DNA of 64,000 bases from Alphaproteobacteria bacterium (GTDB taxonomy: Bacteria; Pseudomonadota; Alphaproteobacteria; Bin95), in NCBI GenBank assembly GCA_963665325.3, contig CAXXWS020000003.1:1024001-1088000 (forward strand), written 5' to 3'. Under the pieces are notes generated by a model. It saw only the letters and a list, made by a program, of their open reading frames with translations, ran no database searches and had not been told where the DNA came from. This document shows, piece by piece, positions 30,826 through 39,665 of this stretch. The first letter of the stretch is position 1; each line of letters begins with the position of its first letter. Position numbers and translations under genes: made by a program.

Positions 30826-32040
30826 TCAGCGCTCCTTCAGCCCGGCGCGTCGGTTGTAGGCGTTCATGGCCCCGGAAATCGTCAGCGAGGCCGCCAGGTA
30901 GAACGCCATCAGGAGCAGGATGCACTCCATCTCGCGGCCCGTCTGATTCAACGTGATGCCGCCGAGCGTCCCGGTGGCGTCCATGTATCCGACAGCGATG
31001 GCGAGCGACGAGTTCTTGGTCAGATTGAGGAACTGGCTGATGAGCGGCGGCACGATGACGCGAAGCGCCTGAGGCAGCACGACGAGGCTCATGGTCCGCC
31101 CGGGCCTGAGGCCGAGCGCATGGGCCGCCTCCGTCTGGCCCTTGCTGATCGCGAGGATGCCGGCGCGCACGATCTCGGCGATGAAGGCGCCGGTATAGAC
31201 CGAGAGCGCGAGCCACAAGCCGATCAGGCTGTCGCGCATATAGATGCCGCCCTTGAAATTGAAGCCCTTGAGGGCGGGAAGCTCCAGCGAGATCGGCGAG
31301 CCCATGGCGAAGAACGCGAGCAGGACCGGGACGGTGAGAATTGCGAGCCGGACCCGGAACACCGGTAGTATCTGGCCGGTCGCCGCCTGCCGGACCCTGG
31401 CCCAGCGGCCGAAATACCAGGCTGCGGCTAACGACAGCAGCAGCACTGCGCCAACTACTGCCGAACCCGCTTCGAAGACCGGGGCCGGGATGTAGAAGCC
31501 CCTGTTGGTGATGAAGACGCTGTCGAACAGGAAGCCGCTCATCGCGTCCTCGCCCCGGAACGACCTGATACCCGGAAGGGCTTCGTTGACGATGGCGACC
31601 GTGAACAGGATCCAGATAAGGACCGGAATGTTGCGGACCGTCTCGATATAGACCGTCATCAGCCGCGCGACGACCCAGTTCCGGGAAAGCCGGAGCACGC
31701 CGACGAAAATGCCGATGACCGTCGCGGTAATGCAGCCCATGATCGCGACGAGGATGGTGTTGATAATGCCGACAAGGGCGGCGCGCCCGTGCGTGGACGT
31801 CGAATCGTAGTCGAGCAGGTGCTGGTTGATGTCGTAGGCGGAGGTTTCGAAGATGAAACCGAAATCGATGTCCTTGCCGAGCGCCGCGAGGTTCCGGACT
31901 GCGTTGTCTATCGCCCATGCGAAGGCCAGCATGATGACGATCAGTGCAAAGATCTGAATCGTGTAGGAACGATATCTGGTGTCGTAGAGGAGCTGCCTGA
32001 GGCGAAACGGTTCCGGAGGCGGCTGCCCTGTACTGGACAT
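30826..32040 (-). CDS. aapQ: Amino acid ABC permease (AapQ/BztB)
   Basis: RNIPVL, FIAEIVRAGI, LNLTKNSSLA. Confidence 0.9.
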   Translation of the reverse strand: MSSTGQPPPEPFRLRQLLYDTRYRSYTIQIFALIVIMLAFAWAIDNAVRNLAALGKDIDFGFIFETSAYDINQHLLDYDSTSTHGRAALVGIINTILVAIMGCITATVIGIFVGVLRLSRNWVVARLMTVYIETVRNIPVLIWILFTVAIVNEALPGIRSFRGEDAMSGFLFDSVFITNRGFYIPAPVFEAGSAVVGAVLLLSLAAAWYFGRWARVRQAATGQILPVFRVRLAILTVPVLLAFFAMGSPISLELPALKGFNFKGGIYMRDSLIGLWLALSVYTGAFIAEIVRAGILAISKGQTEAAHALGLRPGRTMSLVVLPQALRVIVPPLISQFLNLTKNSSLAIAVGYMDATGTLGGITLNQTGREMECILLLMAFYLAASLTISGAMNAYNRRAGLKER

Positions 32041-32103
32041 GCGTCACAGCTCCCCGTCAAACGCGGCCGACGGCCTCGCCGTTCGAAGGCCCCCGGCCCG
32101 GGC

Positions 32104-32136
32104 AAAGAAAGGGCGCTTCCTCATGGAAGCGCCCTT
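32104..32136 (-). terminator. Intra-operon intrinsic terminator/stabiliser after aapJ
   Basis: AAGGGCGCTTCC-tcat-GGAAGCGCCCTT perfect stem; U-rich tail on the minus strand. Confidence 0.8.
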
Positions 32137-32149
32137 CGCATTGTAGTGC

Positions 32150-33169
32150 TTACCGGAACGGCGGGGCGTAAAGAATGCCGCCCTTGGTCCAGAGCTGGTT
32201 CAGCCCGCGGGCCAGGCCGATAGCGGTGTTCTCACCGATATACTTCTCGAAGATCTCACCGTAGTTGCCGCCGGCCTTAATCGCGTGGACGGCCCAGTCG
32301 GCGGAGAGGCCGAGCATCTCGCCGTAGTTGCCCTCGACGCCCAGCAGGCGCTTGACCTCGGGGTCCTTGGTGTCGGCAGAGGCCATGCTGTCCACATTCG
32401 CCGCCGTGACGCCTTTCTCCTCGGCGATGATGAGACCGTTCAGCACCCAGCGCACGATGTCGCCCCAGGCATTGTCGCCGTGGCGGACCAGCGGGCCGAG
32501 CGGCTCCTTGGAGATGATTTCCGGCAGGATGATATGGTCCGCCGGGTTCTCGAAGGTGGCGCGGGTCGCGGCCAGGCCGGAAGCGTCCGTGGTGTACACG
32601 TCGCAGGCGTTCGACAGATATTTCTGCTGCGATTCGGCGTTGGTCTCGATCGGCACCGGCTCGTAGTTCATGTTGTTGGCGCGGAAATAGTCGGCCAGGT
32701 TGAGCTCGGTGGTGGTGCCGGTCTGGATGCAGACCGTCGCGCCGTCGAGTTCGGTGGCGGACGTAACACCCATGTCCTTGCGGATCATGAAGCCCTGGCC
32801 GTCATAATAGTTGACGCCCAGGAACGAGAATTTCAGATCGACGTCCCGGCTCAGCGTCCAGGTCGTGTTCCGGTACAGCATGTCGACTTCGCCCGAGGCA
32901 AGCGCCGTGAAGCGCGTCTTGCCGGTCGTCGGCGTGAACTTGATCGCATTCGGGTCGCCGAACACGGCCGCGGCCGTCGCGCGGCAGAAGGTGACGTCGA
33001 AGCCGTCCCAATTGCCGTCGGAATCGGTGAACGCGAAGCCGGCGAGGCCGGTGGAAACGCCGCACTGAATGAAGCCCTTGGCTTTCACGTCGTCCAGCGT
33101 CGCTCCGTGGGCCCCGACGGAGAACGCCGCGGCCGCAGCAGCGGCAACCAATGTCGTTTTCAGTTTCAT
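32150..33169 (-). CDS. aapJ: Amino acid ABC substrate-binding protein (AapJ/BztA)
   Basis: Signal peptide; RNTTWT, YYDGQGF, ISKEPLGP, GILYAPPFR. Confidence 0.93.
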   Translation of the reverse strand: MKLKTTLVAAAAAAAFSVGAHGATLDDVKAKGFIQCGVSTGLAGFAFTDSDGNWDGFDVTFCRATAAAVFGDPNAIKFTPTTGKTRFTALASGEVDMLYRNTTWTLSRDVDLKFSFLGVNYYDGQGFMIRKDMGVTSATELDGATVCIQTGTTTELNLADYFRANNMNYEPVPIETNAESQQKYLSNACDVYTTDASGLAATRATFENPADHIILPEIISKEPLGPLVRHGDNAWGDIVRWVLNGLIIAEEKGVTAANVDSMASADTKDPEVKRLLGVEGNYGEMLGLSADWAVHAIKAGGNYGEIFEKYIGENTAIGLARGLNQLWTKGGILYAPPFR

Positions 33170-33319
33170 GGGTTCTTGTTCTCCCGTTCGAGTTCGGTGC
33201 GCTACCGCGCGGAATTCCGGCGTGTCCCCGCTCCTTAAGGCCACTCATGAATACCGAACGCGGACTGCGTTCGCATGATACCTGATCGGTGTGCCGCTCG
33301 GCAACAGGATTGCCCCCGG

Positions 33320-33571
33320 TGCCGTTGGCAGATGATGCGTCCGGTTTAGGTAGCAGATGGATTGTCCGGTTTGGTTTCTCCCGGAGGAGGGACCTGGATG
33401 ACCCGGACGACATGGCTACAGGAACGCAGGATGGAGAAGTTTGAGGATATGCTGGTCCGCTTTGGGTCACGGCGTCTTTCGGCGCCGGACGCGGCGAAGC
33501 GTCCGGGGATGTCGGAGCGGACGTTCCGGCGCTACCGGCGGCGCTGGGAGGAGGACGGGCTGGAAGGTCTA
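33320..33571 (+). mobile_element. Truncated ISNCY/IS1202-like element: left end plus transposase N-terminus
   Basis: TG-starting end with two GCA-ATG...GTCCGGTTT sub-repeats; ORF from 33398 MTRTTWLQERRMEKFE...GMSERTFRRYRRRWEEDGLEGL (HTH); no catalytic domain. Confidence 0.8.
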
Positions 33572-33663
33572 ACTTCTCTGCCTCAGCCAGGTCCTGCACT
33601 CGCTCGTAGTGCCCGGCTCCGGTACGCTATGTTGCATGGGAGCGTTGTAACGGGGAGAGGGCG

Positions 33664-34440
33664 ATGACGGACGCTGTGCTGGTTTCGGTGGACGGCGGGG
33701 TGGGGGTGCTGACGCTCAACCGGCCCGACAAGTTCAACTGCATCTCGACCGGACTTCTGGACGGGCTCAGGGACGGCATGGACCGGTTCGAGGCCGACCC
33801 GGCGGTGCGCGCCGTGCTGCTGAATGCCAGCGGCAAGCAGTTCTGTACCGGCGCCGACCTCGACGAGGTGCTGGACCGGCGCAAATCCGCCGAAACGCTC
33901 ACGCCCTTCATCGGCGCCATCCATGAGGTGACGCGCCGCTTCGAGGTCTCGCCGCTGCCCGTGGTGGCAGCGGTGCAGGGGTTGGCGCTCGCCGGCGGCA
34001 TGGAGATCGTCGTCGCCTGCGACACGGTGTTCGCCGCCGAGAGCGCGCGCATCGGCTGCCAGCACGCCCGCTACGGCCTGCCGCCGGGCGGCGGGGGCAC
34101 GCAGCGGCTCGCCCGCCTCGTCGGCCTGCGCCGGGCGCTCGACCTCATGTTCACCGCCCGCTGGCTCGACTCCGCCGAGGCGGAGCGCTGGGGCCTCTTC
34201 AACCATGTCGTGCCAGACGAGGAGCTCGACGCCCGCGCGCGCGCCTATTGCGCCGACCTCGCCGCCAAGAGCCGCCACGGCCTCGCGTTCATGAAGGGCA
34301 TGGCGCGGCGCGGCCTCGAAGGGCCGCTCGAAGTCGGCCTCGCGCTGGAGCGCGGCGCGGTCGTGGCCGCCCTTCAGCACAGCGACGTGGCCGAGGGCCT
34401 CGACGCCTTCCAGTCCAGGCGCGAGCCGGTCTTCCCGTAA
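33664..34440 (+). CDS. Enoyl-CoA hydratase/isomerase family protein
   Basis: LNRPDKFN, FCTGADL, ALAGGMEI, GGGTQRL. Confidence 0.92.
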   Translation: MTDAVLVSVDGGVGVLTLNRPDKFNCISTGLLDGLRDGMDRFEADPAVRAVLLNASGKQFCTGADLDEVLDRRKSAETLTPFIGAIHEVTRRFEVSPLPVVAAVQGLALAGGMEIVVACDTVFAAESARIGCQHARYGLPPGGGGTQRLARLVGLRRALDLMFTARWLDSAEAERWGLFNHVVPDEELDARARAYCADLAAKSRHGLAFMKGMARRGLEGPLEVGLALERGAVVAALQHSDVAEGLDAFQSRREPVFP

Positions 34441-34457
34441 GCAGGAGCCTCCGTTTC

Positions 34458-35663
34458 ATGCAGCTCGAATTCACCGCCGAGGAACGCGCCTTCGCTGACG
34501 AGGTCGATGCCTTCTTCCGTGCCAACCTGGACCCCCGGCTCTCCGAGCAGGTCAAGCGCAACCCCTCCTATGTCTCCAAGGAGGACATGCGGCGCTGGCA
34601 GAAGGCGCTCTACGAGCAGGGCTGGATCGCGCCTAACTGGCCCGAGGAGCATGGCGGCACCGGCTGGACACCGACGCAGAAGTTCATCTTCGAGGAAGCC
34701 TATCAGCGCTACTACGCGCCCCGGCTCTCGCCCTTCGGGCTGATGATGGTGGGGCCGGTGATCTACACCTTCGGCAGCGAGGAGCAGAAGGCCGAGCACC
34801 TGCCGGCGATCCTGAAGAGCGACCGCTTCTGGTGCCAGGGCTACTCCGAGCCCGGCTCCGGCTCCGACCTCGCCTCGCTGAGGACGCGCGCCGTGCGCGA
34901 CGGCGACGAGTATGTCGTCAACGGCTCGAAGATCTGGACCAGCAGCGCGCACAATGCCGACTGGATCTTCGCGCTGGTGCGCACCGACACGGAAGCCGCA
35001 AAGCAGCAGCAGGGCATCTCCTTCCTGCTGATCGACATGAAGACGCCCGGCATCGAGGTGAGCCCGATTATCTCCATGGACGGCGGGCATTATCTGAACC
35101 AGGTGTTCTTCACCGATGTGCGCGTTCCGGTTTCGAACCGCATCGGCGAGGAGAACAAGGGCTGGACCTACGCCAAGTTCCTGCTCGGCAACGAGCGCGC
35201 GGGCGTTGCCGGTGTCTCCAAGTCGCGCATGAAGGTCGACCGGCTGAAGGAGATCGCCCGCACGGAGACCGGCGCGGACGGGGGAAAGCTCGGCGAGGAC
35301 CCGGCCTTCCGCGCCCGCCTCGGCGAGATCGAGGCAAGGCTCGGCGCGCTGGAGATCGTCAATCTGCGCACGCTGGCGGCGGAGGAGAAGGGCGGCGGCG
35401 TCGGGCCGGAAGCCTCGATCCTCAAGATCTGTGGCACGGAGATCGAGCAGGCGCTCAACGAAATGCTGATCGAGGCGGTCGGCGTCGATGCGGTCCCCTA
35501 TTCGCTGGAATGGACCCGCCTCGACACCAATGAGGAGCCGCCCATCGCCGACCGGTCCATCGGCCTGATGAGCGAGCATCTGCTGAAGCGGGCGGCCACG
35601 ATCTACGGCGGGTCGAACGAGATCCAGCGCAACATCGTCGCCAAGCACGTGCTGGGGCTTTGA
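34458..35663 (+). CDS. Acyl-CoA dehydrogenase (PimC-like)
   Basis: WCQGYSEPGSGSDLASL, NGSKIWTS, IYGGSNEIQRN. Confidence 0.93.
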   Translation: MQLEFTAEERAFADEVDAFFRANLDPRLSEQVKRNPSYVSKEDMRRWQKALYEQGWIAPNWPEEHGGTGWTPTQKFIFEEAYQRYYAPRLSPFGLMMVGPVIYTFGSEEQKAEHLPAILKSDRFWCQGYSEPGSGSDLASLRTRAVRDGDEYVVNGSKIWTSSAHNADWIFALVRTDTEAAKQQQGISFLLIDMKTPGIEVSPIISMDGGHYLNQVFFTDVRVPVSNRIGEENKGWTYAKFLLGNERAGVAGVSKSRMKVDRLKEIARTETGADGGKLGEDPAFRARLGEIEARLGALEIVNLRTLAAEEKGGGVGPEASILKICGTEIEQALNEMLIEAVGVDAVPYSLEWTRLDTNEEPPIADRSIGLMSEHLLKRAATIYGGSNEIQRNIVAKHVLGL

Positions 35664-37939
35664 GCGCGATGGCTATCGTCCACCACGGCTCGCACTGGGG
35701 CGCCTTCCGGGCCGAAACGTCGGAGGGGCGCGTCACCGGCGCGCTGCCCTTCGCCAAGGATCCCGAACCTTCCCCCATTGTGACCTCGATACCGGACGCC
35801 GTGCATCATCGCTCGCGCATAGAGGGACCGATGGCGCGGCGCGGCTGGCTGGACGGCGACGGCGGTGAGGGGCGCGGTCGCGATTCCTATGTAGCGCTCG
35901 ACTGGGACCGGGCGGTCGATCTCATCGCGGGGGAGGTCGCGCGCGTCGGCCGCGATTTCGGCAACGCCTCGATCTTCGCCGGCTCCTACGGCTGGGCGAG
36001 CGCCGGGCGCTTCCACCACGCGAAGAGCCAGCTGCAGCGCTTCCTGAACATGGCGGGCGGCTTCACCAGCCAGCTGCACAATTACAGCTATGCGGCGGGC
36101 CTCGCCGTGCTGCCGCACATACTGGGCGGCGTGGAGGCGGCGGCGGGCCCCGTCACGGACTGGCCCTCCATCGTGGAGAACACCGGGCTGATGGTGTCGT
36201 TCGGCGGCCTGCCGGTGAAGAACGCGCAGGTCGATTCCGGCGGCAATGGCGAGCATGCCGCGGCCGCCTATATCCGCGAAGCGCGGGCGCGGGGCGTTCG
36301 CTTCGTTGCCATCTCGCCGCTTGGCGACGACCTGCCGGCGGACCTGGGCGGGGAATGGATTCCGATCCGCCCCGGCACCGACACCGCCATGATGCTGGCC
36401 CTCTCGCAGGTGCTGCTGGCCGAAGGGCTGGCCGACCGGGCATTCCTGGAGCGCTATTGCACGGGCGCCGCGGCCTTCGAGGCCTCGCTGGAAGGCAGAA
36501 CGCCGGAATGGGCCGAGGGGATTACCGGCGTGCCGGCCGCGCGCATCCGTTCGCTCGCCCGCGAGATGGCGGGCGCGCGCACCATGATTTCGACCGCCTG
36601 GGCCCTGCAGCGAGGCGACCATGGGGAGCAGCCCTTCTGGGCCACCGTGGGGCTCGCGGCCTGCCTCGGCCAGATCGGCCTGGCCGGCGGCGGCTTCGGC
36701 TTCGGCTACGGGTGCGTCTCCGGCATCGGCGCGCCGCGCCACGGCCTTTCCGGGCCGACTTTCCCGATCGGGCCGAACCCGGTCGATGACTTCATACCCG
36801 TCTCGCGCATTGCGGACATGCTGCTCGATCCGGGCGGCGACTACGATTTCAATGGCGAGCGGCGGCGCTATCCGGATACGCGCCTCGTCTATTGGGCGGG
36901 CGGCAACCCGTTCCACCACCACCAGGACATCAACCGGCTGATCCGCGCCTTCCGCCAGCCGGAAACCGTGGTCGTGCACGACCCCTGGTGGACGGCGACC
37001 GCGCGCCACGCCGATATCGTCATCCCGGCAACCACGACGCTCGAGCGCAACGACATAGCCGCCGGCAGGCGGGACCGCTTCTGGCTCGCCATGCACCGCG
37101 CCATCGACCCGGTCGGCCGGGCGCGCAACGACCACGATGTCTTCGCCGATATTGCCGACCGCCTCGGCTTCCGCGAGCGCTTCACCGAGGGCCTCGGTGA
37201 GATGGAGTGGCTGCGCCGGATGTATGACGAGGCCTGCGGGCGCGCGGCCGAACGGGGCCTCAACCTGCCGGACTTCGACGCCTTCTGGGACGAGGGCCAT
37301 GTGGAGCTGCCGCGGCCGGCGCGCCCGCGCATCCTGTTCGAGGGCTTCCGCAGGGGCGAGGATGCGCTGGCGACGCCTTCGGGGAAGATTGAGCTCTATT
37401 CGGAGCATGTGGCGGGCTTCGGCTATGAGGACTGCCCCGGCTATCCGGCCTGGCTGCCGCCGAAGGAGTGGCTCGGCGCGGAGGCCGCACAGCAATGGCC
37501 GCTGCACCTGATCTCGAACCAGCCGGCGACGCGCCTCCACGCGCAGCTCGACCAGGGCCGCGTGTCGCAGGCGAGCAAGGTGCAGGGCCGCGAGCCGATC
37601 CGGCTGAACCCGGCGGACGCCGCCGCGCGCGGCATCGCGGACGGGGACGTGGTGCGCGTGTTCAACACCCGCGGCGCGCTGCTCGCGGGCGCGGTGCTGA
37701 GCGGGGAGGTCGTGCCCGGAGTGGCCGTGCTCGCGACCGGCGCCTGGTACGACCCTGCCGACCCTGCGGAGCCGGACAGCCTCGACAAGCACGGCAACCC
37801 CAATGTGCTGACCGCTGACCGCGGCACCTCGAAGCTCGGCCAGGGACCGAGCGCGATGAGCGCGCTGGTCGAGGTCGAGCGTTTCGAAGGCGAACTGCCC
37901 CCCGTCACCGCCTTCGAGCCCCCCGACATCGCTGCATGA
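35660..37939 (+). CDS. Molybdopterin guanine dinucleotide S/N-oxide reductase (BisC/TorA family), cytoplasmic
   Basis: SHWGAF, GSYGWASAGRFH, NYSYAAG (Ser ligand), WAGGNPFHHHQD, GAWYDP; no Tat signal. Confidence 0.9.
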   Translation: MSAMAIVHHGSHWGAFRAETSEGRVTGALPFAKDPEPSPIVTSIPDAVHHRSRIEGPMARRGWLDGDGGEGRGRDSYVALDWDRAVDLIAGEVARVGRDFGNASIFAGSYGWASAGRFHHAKSQLQRFLNMAGGFTSQLHNYSYAAGLAVLPHILGGVEAAAGPVTDWPSIVENTGLMVSFGGLPVKNAQVDSGGNGEHAAAAYIREARARGVRFVAISPLGDDLPADLGGEWIPIRPGTDTAMMLALSQVLLAEGLADRAFLERYCTGAAAFEASLEGRTPEWAEGITGVPAARIRSLAREMAGARTMISTAWALQRGDHGEQPFWATVGLAACLGQIGLAGGGFGFGYGCVSGIGAPRHGLSGPTFPIGPNPVDDFIPVSRIADMLLDPGGDYDFNGERRRYPDTRLVYWAGGNPFHHHQDINRLIRAFRQPETVVVHDPWWTATARHADIVIPATTTLERNDIAAGRRDRFWLAMHRAIDPVGRARNDHDVFADIADRLGFRERFTEGLGEMEWLRRMYDEACGRAAERGLNLPDFDAFWDEGHVELPRPARPRILFEGFRRGEDALATPSGKIELYSEHVAGFGYEDCPGYPAWLPPKEWLGAEAAQQWPLHLISNQPATRLHAQLDQGRVSQASKVQGREPIRLNPADAAARGIADGDVVRVFNTRGALLAGAVLSGEVVPGVAVLATGAWYDPADPAEPDSLDKHGNPNVLTADRGTSKLGQGPSAMSALVEVERFEGELPPVTAFEPPDIAA

Positions 37940-38019
37940 GCGCATCTGGGCAATCGCATTTCAGCTTCGGCGGCTTCGGTCCGCACGGACTCTCTGTAGG
38001 ACCGGACGCTTTCCCCTTT

Positions 38020-38041
38020 CGTCACCCCGGCCCCCGAGCCG
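38020..38041 (+). repeat. REP-like palindrome, left part (interrupted by the IS; continues at 39425-39431)
   Basis: Rejoined sequence CGTCACCCCGGCCCCCGAGCCGGGGTCCA forms a CCCCGG/CCGGGG hairpin. Confidence 0.75.
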
Positions 38042-38056
38042 TGTGTGGACGCCTCC

Positions 38057-38308
38057 CTGGATGCAAGCAGTTTTTTCGGCTTGGTCGGGCCTATGCGGTC
38101 AGGCGGAGTCGTGTGTCCGGTTTCCCTTGTGCGGCACTTGAGTTGCCGCGGGCCAGTATGGAGATACGCGGATCGGGTCCATATCGGGGTCATGCGCTCG
38201 CGGCGCGCCGGCTCAGCCTGGTTTTCCCGATCCCGTCTCATTGACCGTTTGCCCTTACCCCTTGCCTCGGCCTGCCTGCATCCTCCGACGGCTCGCCGCA
38301 CCGCCTTC
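38057..38308 (-). ncRNA. Putative bridge/seek RNA of the IS1111 element (exact ends unknown)
   Basis: An 8-bp stem (38170-38177/38226-38233) encloses segments matching both target halves; second hairpin at 38131-38149; segment 38110-38116 matches the element end. Confidence 0.75.
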
Positions 38309-39340
38309 TCAGGCGGCTGCGGGAGCCCGGTAGGTCTCCTTCTTCACGGCCAGCGCCCACAGGATGCGCGCCATGCGATTGGCGAGCGCGACGGCGACCA
38401 GCTTGCGCTTCCCTGGCTTGCTCGCCAGCAGGCGCGCCAGCCAGGGATCGTTGCACTTGCCCCGGCGGATGGCGTTCTGGATCACCGACATCGCCCCGAC
38501 CACCAGCAGGCGGCGCAGGTCCTTCTGGCCCATCTTCGAGATCTTGCCGAGCCGCGGTTTGCCGGCTGTACTGTGCTGGCGGGGCGTGAGGCCGAGCCAG
38601 GCAGCGAAGTCGCGCCCCTTGCGGAAGGTTTCGAGCGGCGGGGCCAGGGCCTGGAGCGCCAGCGCCGTGACCGGCCCCACCCCCGGCACGGTCATCGCGC
38701 GGGCCGCCTCCTCGTCCTCGCGCGCGGCGGCCCGCAGCGTCCGGTCCAGCTCTCTGACCTTCCCGTCCAGCTCGGCGATCCGTTCCAGCAGCAGTGCCCC
38801 CATCTCGTGCGTCAGCGCCGGCAGAGACGCCCCCTCTTCGCCCTCAAGTGCCCAGGCCAGACGTGCCACATGCGCCGGCCCCTTGGGAGCTACAAGGCCG
38901 AACTCCGCTAGATGGCCCCGCAGCGCGTTGATCGTCTGCGTGCGCTGGCGCACCAGAAGCATGCGCACCCCCAACTGCATCGCCCCCGCCTGGCTCTCCT
39001 CGCTCTTCACCGTCACGAAGCGCATGGTCGGGCGCTGCGCCGCCTCGCAGATCGCCTCCGCGTCCGCCGCGTCGTTCTTCTGCCGCTTCACATAAGGCTT
39101 CACATAAATCGGCGGGATCAGACGAACCTCATGGCCCAGCTTGCCGATCTCGCGGCCCCAGTAATGCGCACCCCCGCACGCCTCCATCGCAACCGTGCAG
39201 CGAGGTTGAGACAACAGAAACGCCAGAACCCGACCCCGCGACAGCTTGCGACGGAACGCCACCGAGCCGTCCGAATACGCGCCGTGCATCTGAAAGCTGT
39301 TCTTCGACAGGTCCACCCCGATGATGCTAACCTCCTTCAT
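38309..39340 (-). CDS. IS110-family DEDD transposase/recombinase
   Basis: IGVDLSK, AMEACG and KNDAADA (D-E-D-D); VPGVGP; WLGLTPRQHSTAGK (catalytic Ser region). Confidence 0.96.
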   Translation of the reverse strand: MKEVSIIGVDLSKNSFQMHGAYSDGSVAFRRKLSRGRVLAFLLSQPRCTVAMEACGGAHYWGREIGKLGHEVRLIPPIYVKPYVKRQKNDAADAEAICEAAQRPTMRFVTVKSEESQAGAMQLGVRMLLVRQRTQTINALRGHLAEFGLVAPKGPAHVARLAWALEGEEGASLPALTHEMGALLLERIAELDGKVRELDRTLRAAAREDEEAARAMTVPGVGPVTALALQALAPPLETFRKGRDFAAWLGLTPRQHSTAGKPRLGKISKMGQKDLRRLLVVGAMSVIQNAIRRGKCNDPWLARLLASKPGKRKLVAVALANRMARILWALAVKKETYRAPAAA

Positions 39341-39504
39341 TGGATGCCTCCTTCCCATTGGGGGTTTCAACAACACCACCATGGCACATTGCGATGCCGT
39401 CGGATGGAGGCGTCCACCCTATCGGGGTCCATCCATGGCTCTCGATACCGCCGCAACCGGTGGAGATGAGGGCGAACCGCCGAAGCTGCCGAGAGAACCG
39501 AGGC

Positions 39505-39533
39505 TGGGCCCCGGATCAGGGTCCGGGGCGACG
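39505..39533 (-). repeat. REP-like palindrome, inverted partner copy
   Basis: Its reverse complement CGTCGCCCCGGACCCTGATCCGGGGCCCA aligns ungapped (24/29) with the rejoined left copy. Confidence 0.75.
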
Positions 39534-39665
39534 CGTTGGGGATATGCAATGCATTGCCGCCGGACGGAGATGTGTGCATGCGATAGGCTCGGCGTCCGGA
39601 GCGGCGACGGGGGGTAGGGCGAAAGGGACGCTCGAATCGGCCCGTTTTCGAATGCGATTGCCCGG

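Larger units (their letters stand above)
38042..39424 (-). mobile_element. IS1111-group element (IS110 superfamily), apparently complete
   Basis: Perfect 12-bp sub-terminal IRs GTGGACGCCTCC (38045-38056) / GGAGGCGTCCAC (39406-39417); CG core at both junctions; long non-coding region 3' of the transposase. Confidence 0.92.
37946..39665. mobile_element. Non-autonomous ISAs1-like MITE (337 bp once the nested IS is removed)
   Basis: Terminal inverted repeats CTGGGCAATCGCATT / AATGCGATTGCCCGG (14/15 match); flanked by the 10-bp direct repeat ATGAGCGCAT at 37936-37945 and 39666-39675. Confidence 0.75.

Noticed and set aside
33269-33296. GTTCGCATGA resembling a XerC arm near the IS1202-like end
   Set aside because: No XerD arm, and no equivalent sequence beside the second copy at 53624.
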